Shown: positions 1-9,655, counted from the stretch's first letter. The stretch is 64,000 nt of DNA from Nitrospirota bacterium (GCA_035623825.1 DASPSR010000049.1:1-64000), one strand, 5' to 3'. Notes: a model not told the origin generated them from the letters alone. Numbers and translations: made by a program.

Positions 1-289
1 TCCTGCCTTCACCGAGAAGTTCAATCGCTACACTGGAAACGCTGCCCTTGTGCTGCTCGGCAAAGACCCATACTCCCTTGTATGCAGAAAGATCCTTCGC
101 CGCTGCCACGGCCTCTTCGCTGGTCCGCTCGATTGCCTTGAACTCGCAAGCCTCGATGCAGGCGCCGCACATGGTGCAGGCCTCGGTGATGAAGGCCTTG
201 CCGTCGCGCATCTCAATCGCGGCGAACGGGCACGCGGTAACACATGTCTCGCACGCCGTACATTTCTCCGGTATGACTCGAACGCTCAC
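1..289 (-). CDS. etfA: Electron transfer flavoprotein alpha subunit with N-terminal 2x[4Fe-4S] ferredoxin domain (partial, runs off left edge)
   Basis: Not in the ORF track; translated by hand from GTG at 289 (SD AGGAG at 296-300): MSVRVIPEKCTACETCVTACPF...EACTMCGACIEACEF...YKGVWVFAEQ...VAIELLGEGR. Two CxxCxxCxxxC motifs, then the EtfA N-terminal VWVFAEQ motif. Lies downstream of etfB. Confidence 0.9.
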   Translation of the reverse strand, partial: MSVRVIPEKCTACETCVTACPFAAIEMRDGKAFITEACTMCGACIEACEFKAIERTSEEAVAAAKDLSAYKGVWVFAEQHKGSVSSVAIELLGEGR

Positions 290-379
290 GGGTTGCTCCT
301 TGAACTTCAGAGAGTAGAGGGGCGAGGACAGGCAAATAGGACAAGTCTGTTTATCTGATAGCCTGTCATCCGCCGTCTG

Positions 380-1165
380 TTAAATCAATGACTGCTCTTT
401 AAGGTTTTTCACGACCTGCTCGACCTGCTGCTCTATTGTGCCGGAAAGCATCTCGCGCTTGCCGCGCGGTGCAGGCGGGAAAATCCTCACGACCTTGGTG
501 GGGGAACCCTTGAGGCCGATCATGTTTTCGTCTGCATCGATATCTTTTGCCGTCAGGGGCGCGACCTTAAGGCTCTTGGCCTTCATCTTTCCCTTGAGAG
601 AGGGCAGCCTGGGCTGGTTGATATCTTTCACCACCGTAATGAGAGCGGGGAGAGAGGTCTCGACCACGTCATAGCCCTCGTCCATCATGCGCTCCGCTGT
701 CATTTTGCCGTTTTTGATGTTCTCGATCTTCCTTATATATGCGACGAAAGGGATCCCCAGCATGTCCGCGGTCTCCGGCCCAACCTGTGCCGTGTCTCCG
801 TCTATGGCCTGCTTCCCTGCGATCAAAAGGTCGAAATTCCCGAGCTTGCTGATGCCCCTCGCGAGCGTATATGAAGTGGCCCAGGTGTCCGCTCCGGCGA
901 ATGCCCGGTCTGACAGGAGCACGACGTCGTCAACACCCATGGCCACGGCTTCCTTGAGCGCCTCAGCCGCCTGCGGCGGCCCCATGGTCAGAGCCGTTAC
1001 CTTGCCGCCGTGCTGTTCGCGCAGGCGGAGCGCCTCTTCGAGTGCGTACATGTCATAAGGGTTGATGATGCTCGGGACGCCGTCGCGGATCAAGGTGTTG
1101 GTCTCCCTGTTGATCTTCACTTCCGATGTGTCCGGAACTTGTTTGACAAGAACGATGATATTCAT
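380..1165 (-). CDS. etfB: Electron transfer flavoprotein beta subunit (bifurcating-type motifs)
   Basis: KQVPDT, INPYD, ADTWATS, GKQAIDGDTAQVGP and GLKGSPT motifs. Confidence 0.95.
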   Translation of the reverse strand: MNIIVLVKQVPDTSEVKINRETNTLIRDGVPSIINPYDMYALEEALRLREQHGGKVTALTMGPPQAAEALKEAVAMGVDDVVLLSDRAFAGADTWATSYTLARGISKLGNFDLLIAGKQAIDGDTAQVGPETADMLGIPFVAYIRKIENIKNGKMTAERMMDEGYDVVETSLPALITVVKDINQPRLPSLKGKMKAKSLKVAPLTAKDIDADENMIGLKGSPTKVVRIFPPAPRGKREMLSGTIEQQVEQVVKNLKEQSLI

Positions 1166-1311
1166 CGGGATCTCCCTCGCAGGCTTGAATCTGCCGTGAC
1201 ATTCAAAATGCCCCGAAAAAGCAAATCTAAAATAAGCGCTGCATTCCGAGCTCCAGAATTCAAACCGTGTGGTGCCCGTATTTTTAGATGGAATTAATTC
1301 GTCGTTCGGGC

Positions 1312-2469
1312 TTACTTCTGGCGCGATGCTTCCTTGATCATGTCGAGGGCAATGACGTTCCTCTGGATCTGGTTCGTTCCTTCGTAGATCTGGAGGATCT
1401 TGGCGTCACGCATCATCTTCTCGACAGGGTAGTCCTTCATGTAGCCCGAACCGCCCATGACCTGTACAGCGTCCGTGGTCACCTTCATGGCCACATCCGT
1501 CGCGAAAAGCTTGGCCATGGCCGATGCGCGGGAGAAGTCCTTCGCACCGCTATCGATAAACCGGGAGACCGAGTAAATAAGGGATCGCGCCGCCTCGGTC
1601 ATGGTCTGCATGTCGGCAAGCATGTGCTGGACAGCCTGGAACGAGGTGACGGGCTGGCCGAACTGGACCCGGTGTCGGGCGAACTTGATTGCCTCGTCGA
1701 TAGCGCCCTGCGCCACACCGACACCCTGGGCCCCCACACCCGTTCGGGAACTGTCGAGTGTCTTCATGGCAACGATGAACCCCATTCCTTCCTTAGCGAC
1801 AATGTTTTCCTTAGGGATGCGGCAGTCGTTGAATATGAGCTCGGTCGTGGATGAAGCGCGGATGCCCATTTTATTCTCTTTCTTGCCGAAGGTGAAGCCT
1901 GGCGTACCTTTTTCCACTATGAAGGCAGATGCGCCACGGGCGCCCTTAGACTTGTCCGTAATGGCGATGATGGTATAAACATCTGCTACGCCGCCATTTG
2001 TGATCCACTGTTTGGTGCCGTTGATCACGTATTCATTGCCGTCGAGCCTGGCGGTGGTCTGAATGCCGCCGGCATCGCTTCCCGCGTTCGCTTCGGTGAG
2101 GCCAAACGCCACGAGCTTCTTGCCGGTGGCGATATCCGGGAGGTACTTCTTCTTCTGGGCTTCGGAACCGTGGAGGAGGATAGGGTAGGTGCCGAGGGCA
2201 TTTGCAGCGTAACTGGTCGAGACACCGAGACAGGCCTTGGACAGTTCTTCGACGACGATGCAGAGTTCGAGGCTCTTTTTCCCCAAACCTCCGAACTCTT
2301 CAGGGATATAGATGCCGAAGAGGTCCGATTGGGCCATGACTTTCATGATGTCCGAGGGGAACTTGTTCTGCTCGTCGAGCTCGGCGCGCACCGGCACGAT
2401 CTTTTCGACGGCGATTTGCCTGGCGAGATCCCGCATCATTATCTGTTCTTCTGTCAGCAGGTAGTCCAT
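1312..2469 (-). CDS. Acyl-CoA dehydrogenase (butyryl-CoA dehydrogenase-like)
   Basis: FGLTEANAGSD, KQWITNG, KMGIRAS, RVQFG and the catalytic YEGTNQIQR motif. Confidence 0.95.
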   Translation of the reverse strand: MDYLLTEEQIMMRDLARQIAVEKIVPVRAELDEQNKFPSDIMKVMAQSDLFGIYIPEEFGGLGKKSLELCIVVEELSKACLGVSTSYAANALGTYPILLHGSEAQKKKYLPDIATGKKLVAFGLTEANAGSDAGGIQTTARLDGNEYVINGTKQWITNGGVADVYTIIAITDKSKGARGASAFIVEKGTPGFTFGKKENKMGIRASSTTELIFNDCRIPKENIVAKEGMGFIVAMKTLDSSRTGVGAQGVGVAQGAIDEAIKFARHRVQFGQPVTSFQAVQHMLADMQTMTEAARSLIYSVSRFIDSGAKDFSRASAMAKLFATDVAMKVTTDAVQVMGGSGYMKDYPVEKMMRDAKILQIYEGTNQIQRNVIALDMIKEASRQK

Positions 2470-2539
2470 TGATCCTCCGCGTTGTCTCGTTTTATTAAGG
2501 TATTAAAATCGCGACATTCAGGATGCAGGCCGCTCATCG

Positions 2540-3520
2540 TCACCATCGTACGAGGGCCGATGCCCACGTCAGGCCCCCTCCGAATGCTTCGAGCAGAAGT
2601 AGATGGTTCTCTTTTATTCTGCCGTCTCGGACCGCTTCGTCCAAGGCCATGGGAATCGAGGCCGCCGATGTGTTGCCATATTTGGGGAGATTGAGCACCA
2701 CTTTTCCCATCGGCATGTTCAGGCGTTGTGCCATGGCCTGGATGATCCTCAGATTCGCTTGGTGCGGCACGAGAAAATCGATCTCTTCGGGGTTTACCTT
2801 GTTGTGCTCCAGCGCTTCCTGGACGACGCCTTCGAGCGCCCGCACGGCAGCCTTGAAGGTTTCATTGCCCTTCATTTTGACGAAGTGCATCCGTCTGCGG
2901 ATCGTTTCGTGCGATGCCGGTTGCTGGGCTCCACCGGCAGGAACTTGGATCAAGTCTCCGAACATACCATCCGAGTGAAGGTGAGTCGAAAGGATCCCGC
3001 GCTTGCCCGCGTGCCGTTGTATCACGGCCGCACCGGCGCCGTCTCCAAAGAGGATGCAGGTCGTTCTATCTTCCCAGTCCGTGAAGCGCGACAGGATCTC
3101 GGCACCCACGAGGAGGATATTCTTATAAGTATCAGCCTTGATGAAGGCGTTGGCAATGGACAGCCCGTAGATGAAGCCGGAACAGGCCGCGTAGATGTCG
3201 AAAGCAGCCGCTTTTTTGGCCCCGAGCTTTTCCTGGAGGACACATCCCATGCTCGGCAGGATCATGTCAGGCGTCATGGTCGCTACCAGGATCAGATCCA
3301 GCTCGTCTGCTCCGATCCCAGCGGCCTTGAGGGCCTTCCGGCTTGCCTCATAGGCGAGGTCCGAGGTGGTCTGGCCTTTTTCCGCTATTCTGCGTTCCTT
3401 GATGCCTGTACGTTCGGTGATCCATTCATCGCTGGTGTTGACGAGCTTTTCCAGATCTTGGTTGGTGATGACCTTCCTGGGCGCATACGATCCGGTCCCT
3501 GTTATGCGTGCATGGATCAT
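2540..3520 (-). CDS. fabH: 3-oxoacyl-ACP synthase III
   Basis: Catalytic triad motifs AACSGF, PHQAN and GNTSAAS; follows plsX. Confidence 0.97.
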   Translation of the reverse strand: MIHARITGTGSYAPRKVITNQDLEKLVNTSDEWITERTGIKERRIAEKGQTTSDLAYEASRKALKAAGIGADELDLILVATMTPDMILPSMGCVLQEKLGAKKAAAFDIYAACSGFIYGLSIANAFIKADTYKNILLVGAEILSRFTDWEDRTTCILFGDGAGAAVIQRHAGKRGILSTHLHSDGMFGDLIQVPAGGAQQPASHETIRRRMHFVKMKGNETFKAAVRALEGVVQEALEHNKVNPEEIDFLVPHQANLRIIQAMAQRLNMPMGKVVLNLPKYGNTSAASIPMALDEAVRDGRIKENHLLLLEAFGGGLTWASALVRW

Positions 3521-4530
3521 TTGGGTTTATCCAGCTCCATGTTTTTTTCGATATCCTCTTGGATGTGCTTGTTCACGTCGCTCTTAGCAAGTTCCATGGC
3601 CACGCGGACTGCATTTTTTATCGCCTGGTCTGACGAGCGGCCATGGCTGATGAGGCTGATGCCGTTAATGCCGACGAGCGGGGCGCCGCCGTACTCTGCG
3701 TAGTCGATGCGGCGCTTGAGCGCGCGGAAGGCCGGCCGCATCATGACATATCCGAGCTTCCGGATCAGGTTGTCGCCGATGTTCTCCCGGATCATGAGTC
3801 CGATGGTCTCGGCCACGGCTTCGGAGAGCTTGAGCACGACGTTCCCGATAAACCCGTCGCAGACGACGACGTCTGCTTTGCCGCTCATCACGTCGCGACC
3901 TTCCACATTGCCGATGAAGTTGAGCGAGGTCTCCGTCAGGAGCTTGAATGCCACCTTGGTGAGCTCGTTCCCCTTGGTCTCCTCTTCGCCGATGGAGAGC
4001 AGGCCAACCCTGGGATTGGGTTTCTTAAGGAGATACTTAGCGTATACGTCTCCCATGACAGCGAATTGCAGGAGATGGTTCGGCTTGCAGTCCACGTTGG
4101 CACCCACATCCAGCACGATACAGGTGCCTTTCATGGTCGGCATGAAGGTCGCAATGGCCGGACGTTCTACACCTTCGAGCGGTCCGAGGACGAAGAGCGA
4201 CGTGGCCATGGCAGCGCCGGTATGCCCCGCACTGATCACGGCAACAGCGTCGCCGCTCTTGACGAGTTCGTTGGCTACGCGGATGGAAGAGTCTTTCTTC
4301 CGGCGATAGACCGTTACCGGTGAATCGAGCATATCCACTACTTCAGTGGCAGTCCGTATCTCTATTGGGAGAGTTTTTGCTTGGTGGTGCTTCTTGAGCT
4401 CTGCCTGGATCAGTTCCTCAATCCCGACGAGGATGATGCCAGCCCCGTACTCTTTCGCCGCCTGCACGGCCCCTGCAACGACAGCATGAGGCGCGAAGTC
4501 TCCCCCCATGGCATCAACAGCTATCTTCAT
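3517..4530 (-). CDS. plsX: Phosphate acyltransferase
   Basis: IAVDAMGGDFAP, DVGANVD, CDGFIGN and HGRS motifs; rpmF-plsX-fabH synteny. Confidence 0.97.
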   Translation of the reverse strand: MKIAVDAMGGDFAPHAVVAGAVQAAKEYGAGIILVGIEELIQAELKKHHQAKTLPIEIRTATEVVDMLDSPVTVYRRKKDSSIRVANELVKSGDAVAVISAGHTGAAMATSLFVLGPLEGVERPAIATFMPTMKGTCIVLDVGANVDCKPNHLLQFAVMGDVYAKYLLKKPNPRVGLLSIGEEETKGNELTKVAFKLLTETSLNFIGNVEGRDVMSGKADVVVCDGFIGNVVLKLSEAVAETIGLMIRENIGDNLIRKLGYVMMRPAFRALKRRIDYAEYGGAPLVGINGISLISHGRSSDQAIKNAVRVAMELAKSDVNKHIQEDIEKNMELDKPK

Positions 4531-4542
4531 ACCTGCTCCCCT

Positions 4543-4598
4543 GCAATATAAAAGGCAAAGGGGAATACCGCAAAAGTCAGCATCTTCCCTTTGCCTTT
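4543..4598 (-). terminator. Stem-loop with T-rich tail between rpmF and plsX (intrinsic terminator or attenuator)
   Basis: AAAGGCAAAGGG (4551-4562) pairs with CCCTTTGCCTTT (4587-4598); on the minus strand the stem ends in a T-rich tail. Confidence 0.65.
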
Positions 4599-4611
4599 GA
4601 GAACGCGCATA

Positions 4612-4794
4612 TTATAACTGTTGTACGGTTACAATTTCACGGCCTTTGTAGGTGCCGCACGACAGGCAGGCATGGTGGGGCTTTTTGACCTCCTGACATT
4701 GCGGGCAGACCGAGAGGTTTGGGGCCCTGAGGTGCTTGTGGGTACGCCTTTTATCCCTGCGGGATTTGGATGTTTTGTGTTTTGGATTGGCCAT
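4612..4794 (-). CDS. rpmF: 50S ribosomal protein L32 (zinc-ribbon type)
   Basis: MANPKHKTSKSRRDKRRTH...CPQC...PHHACLSCGTYKG. Confidence 0.97.
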   Translation of the reverse strand: MANPKHKTSKSRRDKRRTHKHLRAPNLSVCPQCQEVKKPHHACLSCGTYKGREIVTVQQL

Positions 4795-4812
4795 GTTTCG
4801 TGTATTACTCCT

Positions 4813-5328
4813 TTATTTTTTGAGTAGATCCTTCAGTACTGAAAATGCGCCGAACTCACCGCCACCGTCCTTACGGCAACCGCAATCGACCTCATTGAGG
4901 TTCGTCCCGCATACCGGGCAGAGGCCCTTGCAGTCGGGAGCATGGAGCGGTACCATGGGGATCGAGATGAGCAACTGCTCCTCTACGAGTTCCGCGGGGT
5001 CGATCTGGTCGCCTTGGTAGAACTCCATATCAAGCTCGGACCTCTCGAGCTCATGTTCCTGAGACGTCCCCAAGGAACTCACCGGCGCAAGGCTGATATC
5101 CATTCCCACGTCGATCTTGTAGGGAAAGTTTATCAAGCATCGGCTGCACTCGAGAGTGGGCTCGGCCTTTACCCGGCCCGTTATATTGAGGATGCCTGCT
5201 CCTGTCGGCTTGATACTGAGAACCGCAGTGAAAGCTGTGGACGCCGTCCCTTTGTTGAACAGATCAATCCTGTGCTCAAGCTCCAGGGTAAGCCCCTCCG
5301 GCGGTATGTCATTGATCTTGATAGCCAT
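4813..5328 (-). CDS. yceD: YceD/DUF177 large-subunit rRNA accumulation protein
   Basis: CSRCL and CKGLCPVCG-N motifs; immediately upstream of rpmF. Confidence 0.92.
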   Translation of the reverse strand: MAIKINDIPPEGLTLELEHRIDLFNKGTASTAFTAVLSIKPTGAGILNITGRVKAEPTLECSRCLINFPYKIDVGMDISLAPVSSLGTSQEHELERSELDMEFYQGDQIDPAELVEEQLLISIPMVPLHAPDCKGLCPVCGTNLNEVDCGCRKDGGGEFGAFSVLKDLLKK

Positions 5329-5358
5329 TTTATTTGATCCCGGGGCTTTAAGTCTCGA

Positions 5359-5387
5359 ATTATATAAAGAAGCTCCCGTTTTGTCAA
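5359..5387 (-). promoter_or_regulatory. Consensus sigma70 promoter for the yceD-rpmF operon
   Basis: Minus strand TTGACA-17 nt-TATAAT, a perfect consensus. Confidence 0.85.
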
Positions 5388-5495
5388 GAAAAAAGACCGG
5401 ATTGCCTAGCTGCGATTGATTCAGCGCGAGAGGGGACCGGCCTAGACAAGGCCAGATAAGAGCAGGCGATTATAGATCATGAGGGGAAAAGGGTG

Positions 5496-6869
5496 TCAGG
5501 CGGCTGCCGTAACCGTTTTAATGGCTTTATAGACGATTTCAAGCATCCGTTTCATGTCGCTCAGCGTAATCGAAAGCGGTGGCATGAGCACGATGACGCT
5601 CCCGAGGGGTCTGATAATGAGACCGTGCTTCCTTGCTTCCTGGATGACCCGGCTGCCGATTTTTTCTTCCAGCAAGTATGGTTCCTTCGTCTCCTTGTCC
5701 TTCACCAACTCGATGCCAACCATGAATCCCTTCTGCCTGATCTCGCCCACATGTTCAAGTTCAGCGAAACGATTCAATTCTTTCTTAAGCAGCGTTATCT
5801 TTGGTCGGAGCCGCTGGAGCGTCCTCCCCTTCTTAAAGAGATCGATGTTTGCGATTGCAGCAGCGCAGGCGAGCGGATTGCCGGTATACGTGTGGCCGTG
5901 AAAAAATGTTCTCAGATCCCGGTATTCGCCAAGGAATCCCCGGTAGATCTCGTCAGTGGTAAGCGTCGCAGCGAGCGGAAGGAACCCTCCGGTGAGACCC
6001 TTGGCCACCGCCATGATGTCCGGGAGAACCCTCTCATGCTCGCAGGCGAACATGGTGCCCGTCCTTCCGAAACCCGTAGCCACCTCATCAGCTATCATGA
6101 GGATGTTGTATTTGCTGCACAGATCCCTGATCTTCCTCAAGTATCCCGGTGGCTGCATAAGCATGCCTGCCGCGCCCTGAACCAGGGGTTCGATGACGAG
6201 TGCCGCGGTTTCGTGACGATGGCTGTAGATCACCTCCTCAGCCTGTTCCGCGCAAGCGATCCCGCAGCCGGGATATGTCCTGCCGAGGCTGCATCGATAG
6301 CAGTAAGGCGACTCAATCTTCCTCGTATGAAAGAGGAGGGGTTGATAAATGGAATGGAACAGGTCGATGCCGCCGACGCTCACGGAACCGATGGTGTCGC
6401 CGTGGTATGCCTCTTTGAGGGAGATGAAGCCGGTCTTGGAACGGTACTCGTTTCCTTTTTGCTGCCAGTACTGAAATGCGATCTTGATCGCGATCTCAAC
6501 GGCCGTTGAGCCGCTGTCTGAATAGAAGACTTTTGAGAGACCTTTAGGCGCAATCTTTACCAGCTTTTCGGCAAGAAGAACAGCGGGCACGTTCGAAAGT
6601 CCAAGCAGCGTGGAATGTGCAATCTTCTCCAGTTGAGCTGATACGGCAGCGTTGATTTTCTTATTGAGGTGGCCATGGACCGTGACCCAGAGCGATGACA
6701 CGCCATCAATATAGTTCCTCCCGCGGATGTCGGTGAGTATGCTGCCGGAGCCGCTCTCGATGATGACCTGCGGTTCCTTTTCCCAATCAAGCATCTGGGT
6801 GAATGGGTGCCAGATATATTTTTTATCGAGTCTCTCTAGGCGGCCTGGGGAGGGGCGCTTTCGTGGCAA
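5496..6869 (-). CDS. bioA: Adenosylmethionine-8-amino-7-oxononanoate aminotransferase
   Basis: IWHPFTQM, DGVSSLWV, DSGSTAVE, YHGDT, DEVATGFGRTG, AKGLTGG and HGHTYTGNP motifs. Confidence 0.95.
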   Translation of the reverse strand: MPRKRPSPGRLERLDKKYIWHPFTQMLDWEKEPQVIIESGSGSILTDIRGRNYIDGVSSLWVTVHGHLNKKINAAVSAQLEKIAHSTLLGLSNVPAVLLAEKLVKIAPKGLSKVFYSDSGSTAVEIAIKIAFQYWQQKGNEYRSKTGFISLKEAYHGDTIGSVSVGGIDLFHSIYQPLLFHTRKIESPYCYRCSLGRTYPGCGIACAEQAEEVIYSHRHETAALVIEPLVQGAAGMLMQPPGYLRKIRDLCSKYNILMIADEVATGFGRTGTMFACEHERVLPDIMAVAKGLTGGFLPLAATLTTDEIYRGFLGEYRDLRTFFHGHTYTGNPLACAAAIANIDLFKKGRTLQRLRPKITLLKKELNRFAELEHVGEIRQKGFMVGIELVKDKETKEPYLLEEKIGSRVIQEARKHGLIIRPLGSVIVLMPPLSITLSDMKRMLEIVYKAIKTVTAAA

Positions 6870-6914
6870 GGACGAGTTCTCCGTTTCTTATTCCAATGGA
6901 TGTGCACTGACGAT

Positions 6915-6942
6915 ATTATATTTTGTCCGATCTTTTTGTCAA
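6915..6942 (-). promoter_or_regulatory. sigma70 promoter for bioA
   Basis: Minus strand TTGACA-16 nt-TATAAT. Confidence 0.7.
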
Positions 6943-6955
6943 TAACAAAAAGGTC

Positions 6956-6985
6956 TTGAAATGTTTGGATTCTTTCTGGTAAAAT
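6956..6985 (+). promoter_or_regulatory. Putative sigma70 promoter for degQ (extended -10)
   Basis: TTGAAA-18 nt-TAAAAT with TGn immediately before the -10; back-to-back with the bioA promoter. Confidence 0.5.
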
Positions 6986-7032
6986 ACAATTTGTTCTCTG
7001 TAGCCTGACATCAGGAGGAGCTTTTTAAAACC

Positions 7033-8532
7033 ATGACCAATAAAAAGAGATTCTATTTCTCCGCCGCATTCATTCTTGTCCTTGGCATCTTTGTCGGCCT
7101 TGTTCTGTCTTCGCACCTCGGCGTTATCTCCCCGCTTCCAGCCAAGAGCCAGATATCGTCCAAGTCCGTTGAGATCCTCACCCAGCTGAGTGATGCGCAG
7201 TCCGAGGTCGCCGCAGTTGCTACACCTTCCGTGGTGAACATTTCGACGACGAGGGTCATCAAGTCCCGAGAGGAGGCCCCCTTCGACCTGTTCGAGGATC
7301 CGTTCTTCCGTCGATTTTTCGGAGATCAGTTCCCGCATCCCAACATTCCGAAGGAACATAAAGAGCAGAGCCTTGGGTCTGGCGTCATCGTTTCCGAAGA
7401 TGGATACATCGTTACGAATAACCACGTCATAGAAAAGGCCGAAGAAATAAAGGTGTTGCTCTCGAACAAGAAAGACTACAAGGCCGCTCTCATCGGGGCG
7501 GACCCGAAGACCGATATTGCCGTCATTAAGATTGACGCCAAAGGGCTGACGGCGCTCCCTTGGGGCGATTCCAACAGGCTGAAGGTGGGGGAGATCGTAT
7601 TTGCAATCGGCAATCCCTTCGGACTGAACCAGACCGTGACCATGGGCGTGATCAGCGCAGTCGGACGGGCGAACGTGGGTATCGCGGATTATGAAGACTT
7701 TATCCAAACCGACGCGGCTATTAACCCGGGCAACTCGGGAGGGGCACTTATCAATGCCCGCGGCGAACTCATTGGGATCAATACGGCCATCCTCTCGAGG
7801 ACTGGCGGGTACCAGGGTATCGGGTTCGCCGTGCCGAGCAGCATGGCCAGACAGGTCATGGATAGCCTGGTGAAGTACAAGAAAGTGGTGCGCGGCTGGC
7901 TCGGAGTGAGCATACAGGAGGTCACCTCGGACCTTGCGGAAGAGTTCGGGGTGAAGGACCTGAAAGGTGCGCTCGTGAGCGGCGTCATGAAAGGAAGCCC
8001 GGCAGAAAAGGCCGGTATCAAACAGGGCGACGTGATACTGCAGTACAACGATAAGGTCGTCGAAGATACCGGGCACCTCAGGAACATGGTCTCGCAGACA
8101 CCCATCGGGACGAAGGTCAAGGTCAAACTGCTTCGCCAGAAGAAGGAAGTGGAAGTTGAGGTGCTCATTGCGGAGCTGCCGAAGAAAATGGCCGAAGCGC
8201 CATCACGAAACGCTGAAAATCCAGAGGAAAACGAGGAGGAGAGCAGTGCTCTCACCGGGCTTGTTGTCCGCGAGCTTACTCCTGATCTTGCCGCACGCCT
8301 GGGAATTGATGAGAGTGAAAAGGGCGTTGTGGTCGTGAAGGTCGATCCCAACAGCAAGGTGTTCGAGGCCGGCATCAGACCCGGGGACATCATCCTCCAG
8401 ATAAACCAGAAGAACATCGCTACGATAGAGGATTATAAGAAGGCCGCGTCAAAGCTGCGGGCGACAGAGAGAGCGCTGCTTCTTATACGCAGGAAGGGCG
8501 AAGACCTGTTTGTCACGGTCAGACCAGAGTAG
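7033..8532 (+). CDS. DegP/DegQ (HtrA) family serine protease with two PDZ domains
   Basis: N-terminal TM/signal segment; TNNHV, DIAV and GNSGG catalytic triad; two PDZ-like repeats; SD AGGAGG. Confidence 0.95.
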   Translation: MTNKKRFYFSAAFILVLGIFVGLVLSSHLGVISPLPAKSQISSKSVEILTQLSDAQSEVAAVATPSVVNISTTRVIKSREEAPFDLFEDPFFRRFFGDQFPHPNIPKEHKEQSLGSGVIVSEDGYIVTNNHVIEKAEEIKVLLSNKKDYKAALIGADPKTDIAVIKIDAKGLTALPWGDSNRLKVGEIVFAIGNPFGLNQTVTMGVISAVGRANVGIADYEDFIQTDAAINPGNSGGALINARGELIGINTAILSRTGGYQGIGFAVPSSMARQVMDSLVKYKKVVRGWLGVSIQEVTSDLAEEFGVKDLKGALVSGVMKGSPAEKAGIKQGDVILQYNDKVVEDTGHLRNMVSQTPIGTKVKVKLLRQKKEVEVEVLIAELPKKMAEAPSRNAENPEENEEESSALTGLVVRELTPDLAARLGIDESEKGVVVVKVDPNSKVFEAGIRPGDIILQINQKNIATIEDYKKAASKLRATERALLLIRRKGEDLFVTVRPE

Positions 8533-8635
8533 CTCGTCGCTCTAAAAGGCGCGCCGTCGGTCCCGTACCAGGTCCTGTCCATGCCATCATTACATCCATG
8601 TTATTCTTTCATATCGCTCAAAGGAGGTGAGATAA

Positions 8636-9655
8636 ATGGGACTTGTCCTTATCCGTATACTGTTTGTTTTGTTAGGCACCCTGCTCGGGTACTATGTGTC
8701 TACGCAGCTCTACGACCAGGTCAGCAAGACAGAAGGAATGGCGATTGGCTTTGGCGTTGCAGTGTTTATCATTCTTACTGAATTCCTGTTCAGAAAGGTA
8801 TCATTAAAGGTCATCGTCGGAGGTATTCTCGGATTCATCCTCGGTTTAATGTCTGCAAATATCATCGCGGCCCCTCTCAAACTTGTCCCGCTGGAGCGGA
8901 GCATCGTGAACTTCATTCTTCTCCTGATGAACGGCTTCTTCGGCTACATCGGCATTGCCATCGGCATCAGAGAGGGGGAGAAGTTCAACCCTGCGAACAT
9001 CAAGAAGCTCTTTAAAGGCGGCGGGGAGGAAAACATCAAGATCATGGACACGAGCGTGATCATCGACGGCAGGATTGCCGATGTCTGTGAAACGGAATTT
9101 CTGGACGGGACGATACTCATCCCGCAATTTATCCTGCACGAGCTTCAGCACATTGCCGATTCATCCGATTCCCTCAAAAGGGCGCGAGGAAGGCGCGGGC
9201 TCGATATTCTGCATCGGATCCAGAAGATGAGCCACATGGAGGTGCGAATCACCGAGGAGGATTTCCCTAAGATCCGCGACGTGGACAGCAAGTTGATTGC
9301 ATTGGCCAAGAAGCTCGGTGCCAAGGTGATAACAAACGACTTCAACTTGAACAAGGTAGCGGAGCTCCAAGGCGTAAAGGTGCTGAATATCAACGACCTG
9401 TCGAATTCCGTCAAGCCCGTGGCATTGCCGGGGGAAAGCATGCGGGTGTTCGTGCTGAAAGAAGGGAAGGAGTCCGGCCAGGGCGTCGCGTATCTTGATG
9501 ACGGTACGATGATTGTGGTGGAGAACGGCCGCAAGTATATCAATAAGAACGTGGAGGTGGCGGTCACGAGCGTGCTGCAGACCGCGGCGGGGAGAATGAT
9601 CTTCACGAAGCTCAGGGAAGACATGGAGCATGAGTTGCAGCATGTGGAACGGTAG
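8636..9655 (+). CDS. Membrane PIN/TRAM domain protein (YacL family)
   Basis: N-terminal TM helices; MDTSVIIDGRI, RGRRGLDIL, TNDFNLNKVA and GVAYLDDGTM motifs. Confidence 0.92.
   Translation: MGLVLIRILFVLLGTLLGYYVSTQLYDQVSKTEGMAIGFGVAVFIILTEFLFRKVSLKVIVGGILGFILGLMSANIIAAPLKLVPLERSIVNFILLLMNGFFGYIGIAIGIREGEKFNPANIKKLFKGGGEENIKIMDTSVIIDGRIADVCETEFLDGTILIPQFILHELQHIADSSDSLKRARGRRGLDILHRIQKMSHMEVRITEEDFPKIRDVDSKLIALAKKLGAKVITNDFNLNKVAELQGVKVLNINDLSNSVKPVALPGESMRVFVLKEGKESGQGVAYLDDGTMIVVENGRKYINKNVEVAVTSVLQTAAGRMIFTKLREDMEHELQHVER

Noticed and set aside
2603-6509. Long antisense or alternate-frame ORFs (e.g. 2603-3703, 5493-6509; also 6916-8076, 18835-19827, 25399-26349, 40681-41967)
   Set aside because: They shadow well-supported genes, show no recognisable motifs, and are expected from codon bias at this GC content.
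6935-6962. TTGTCAA...TTGAAA upstream of bioA as a BirA operator
   Set aside because: Arm match and spacing are poor; two back-to-back -35 boxes explain it better.
8636-9655. PIN-domain toxin of a toxin-antitoxin or defence system
   Set aside because: The architecture is the housekeeping membrane PIN/TRAM (YacL) type with no antitoxin.
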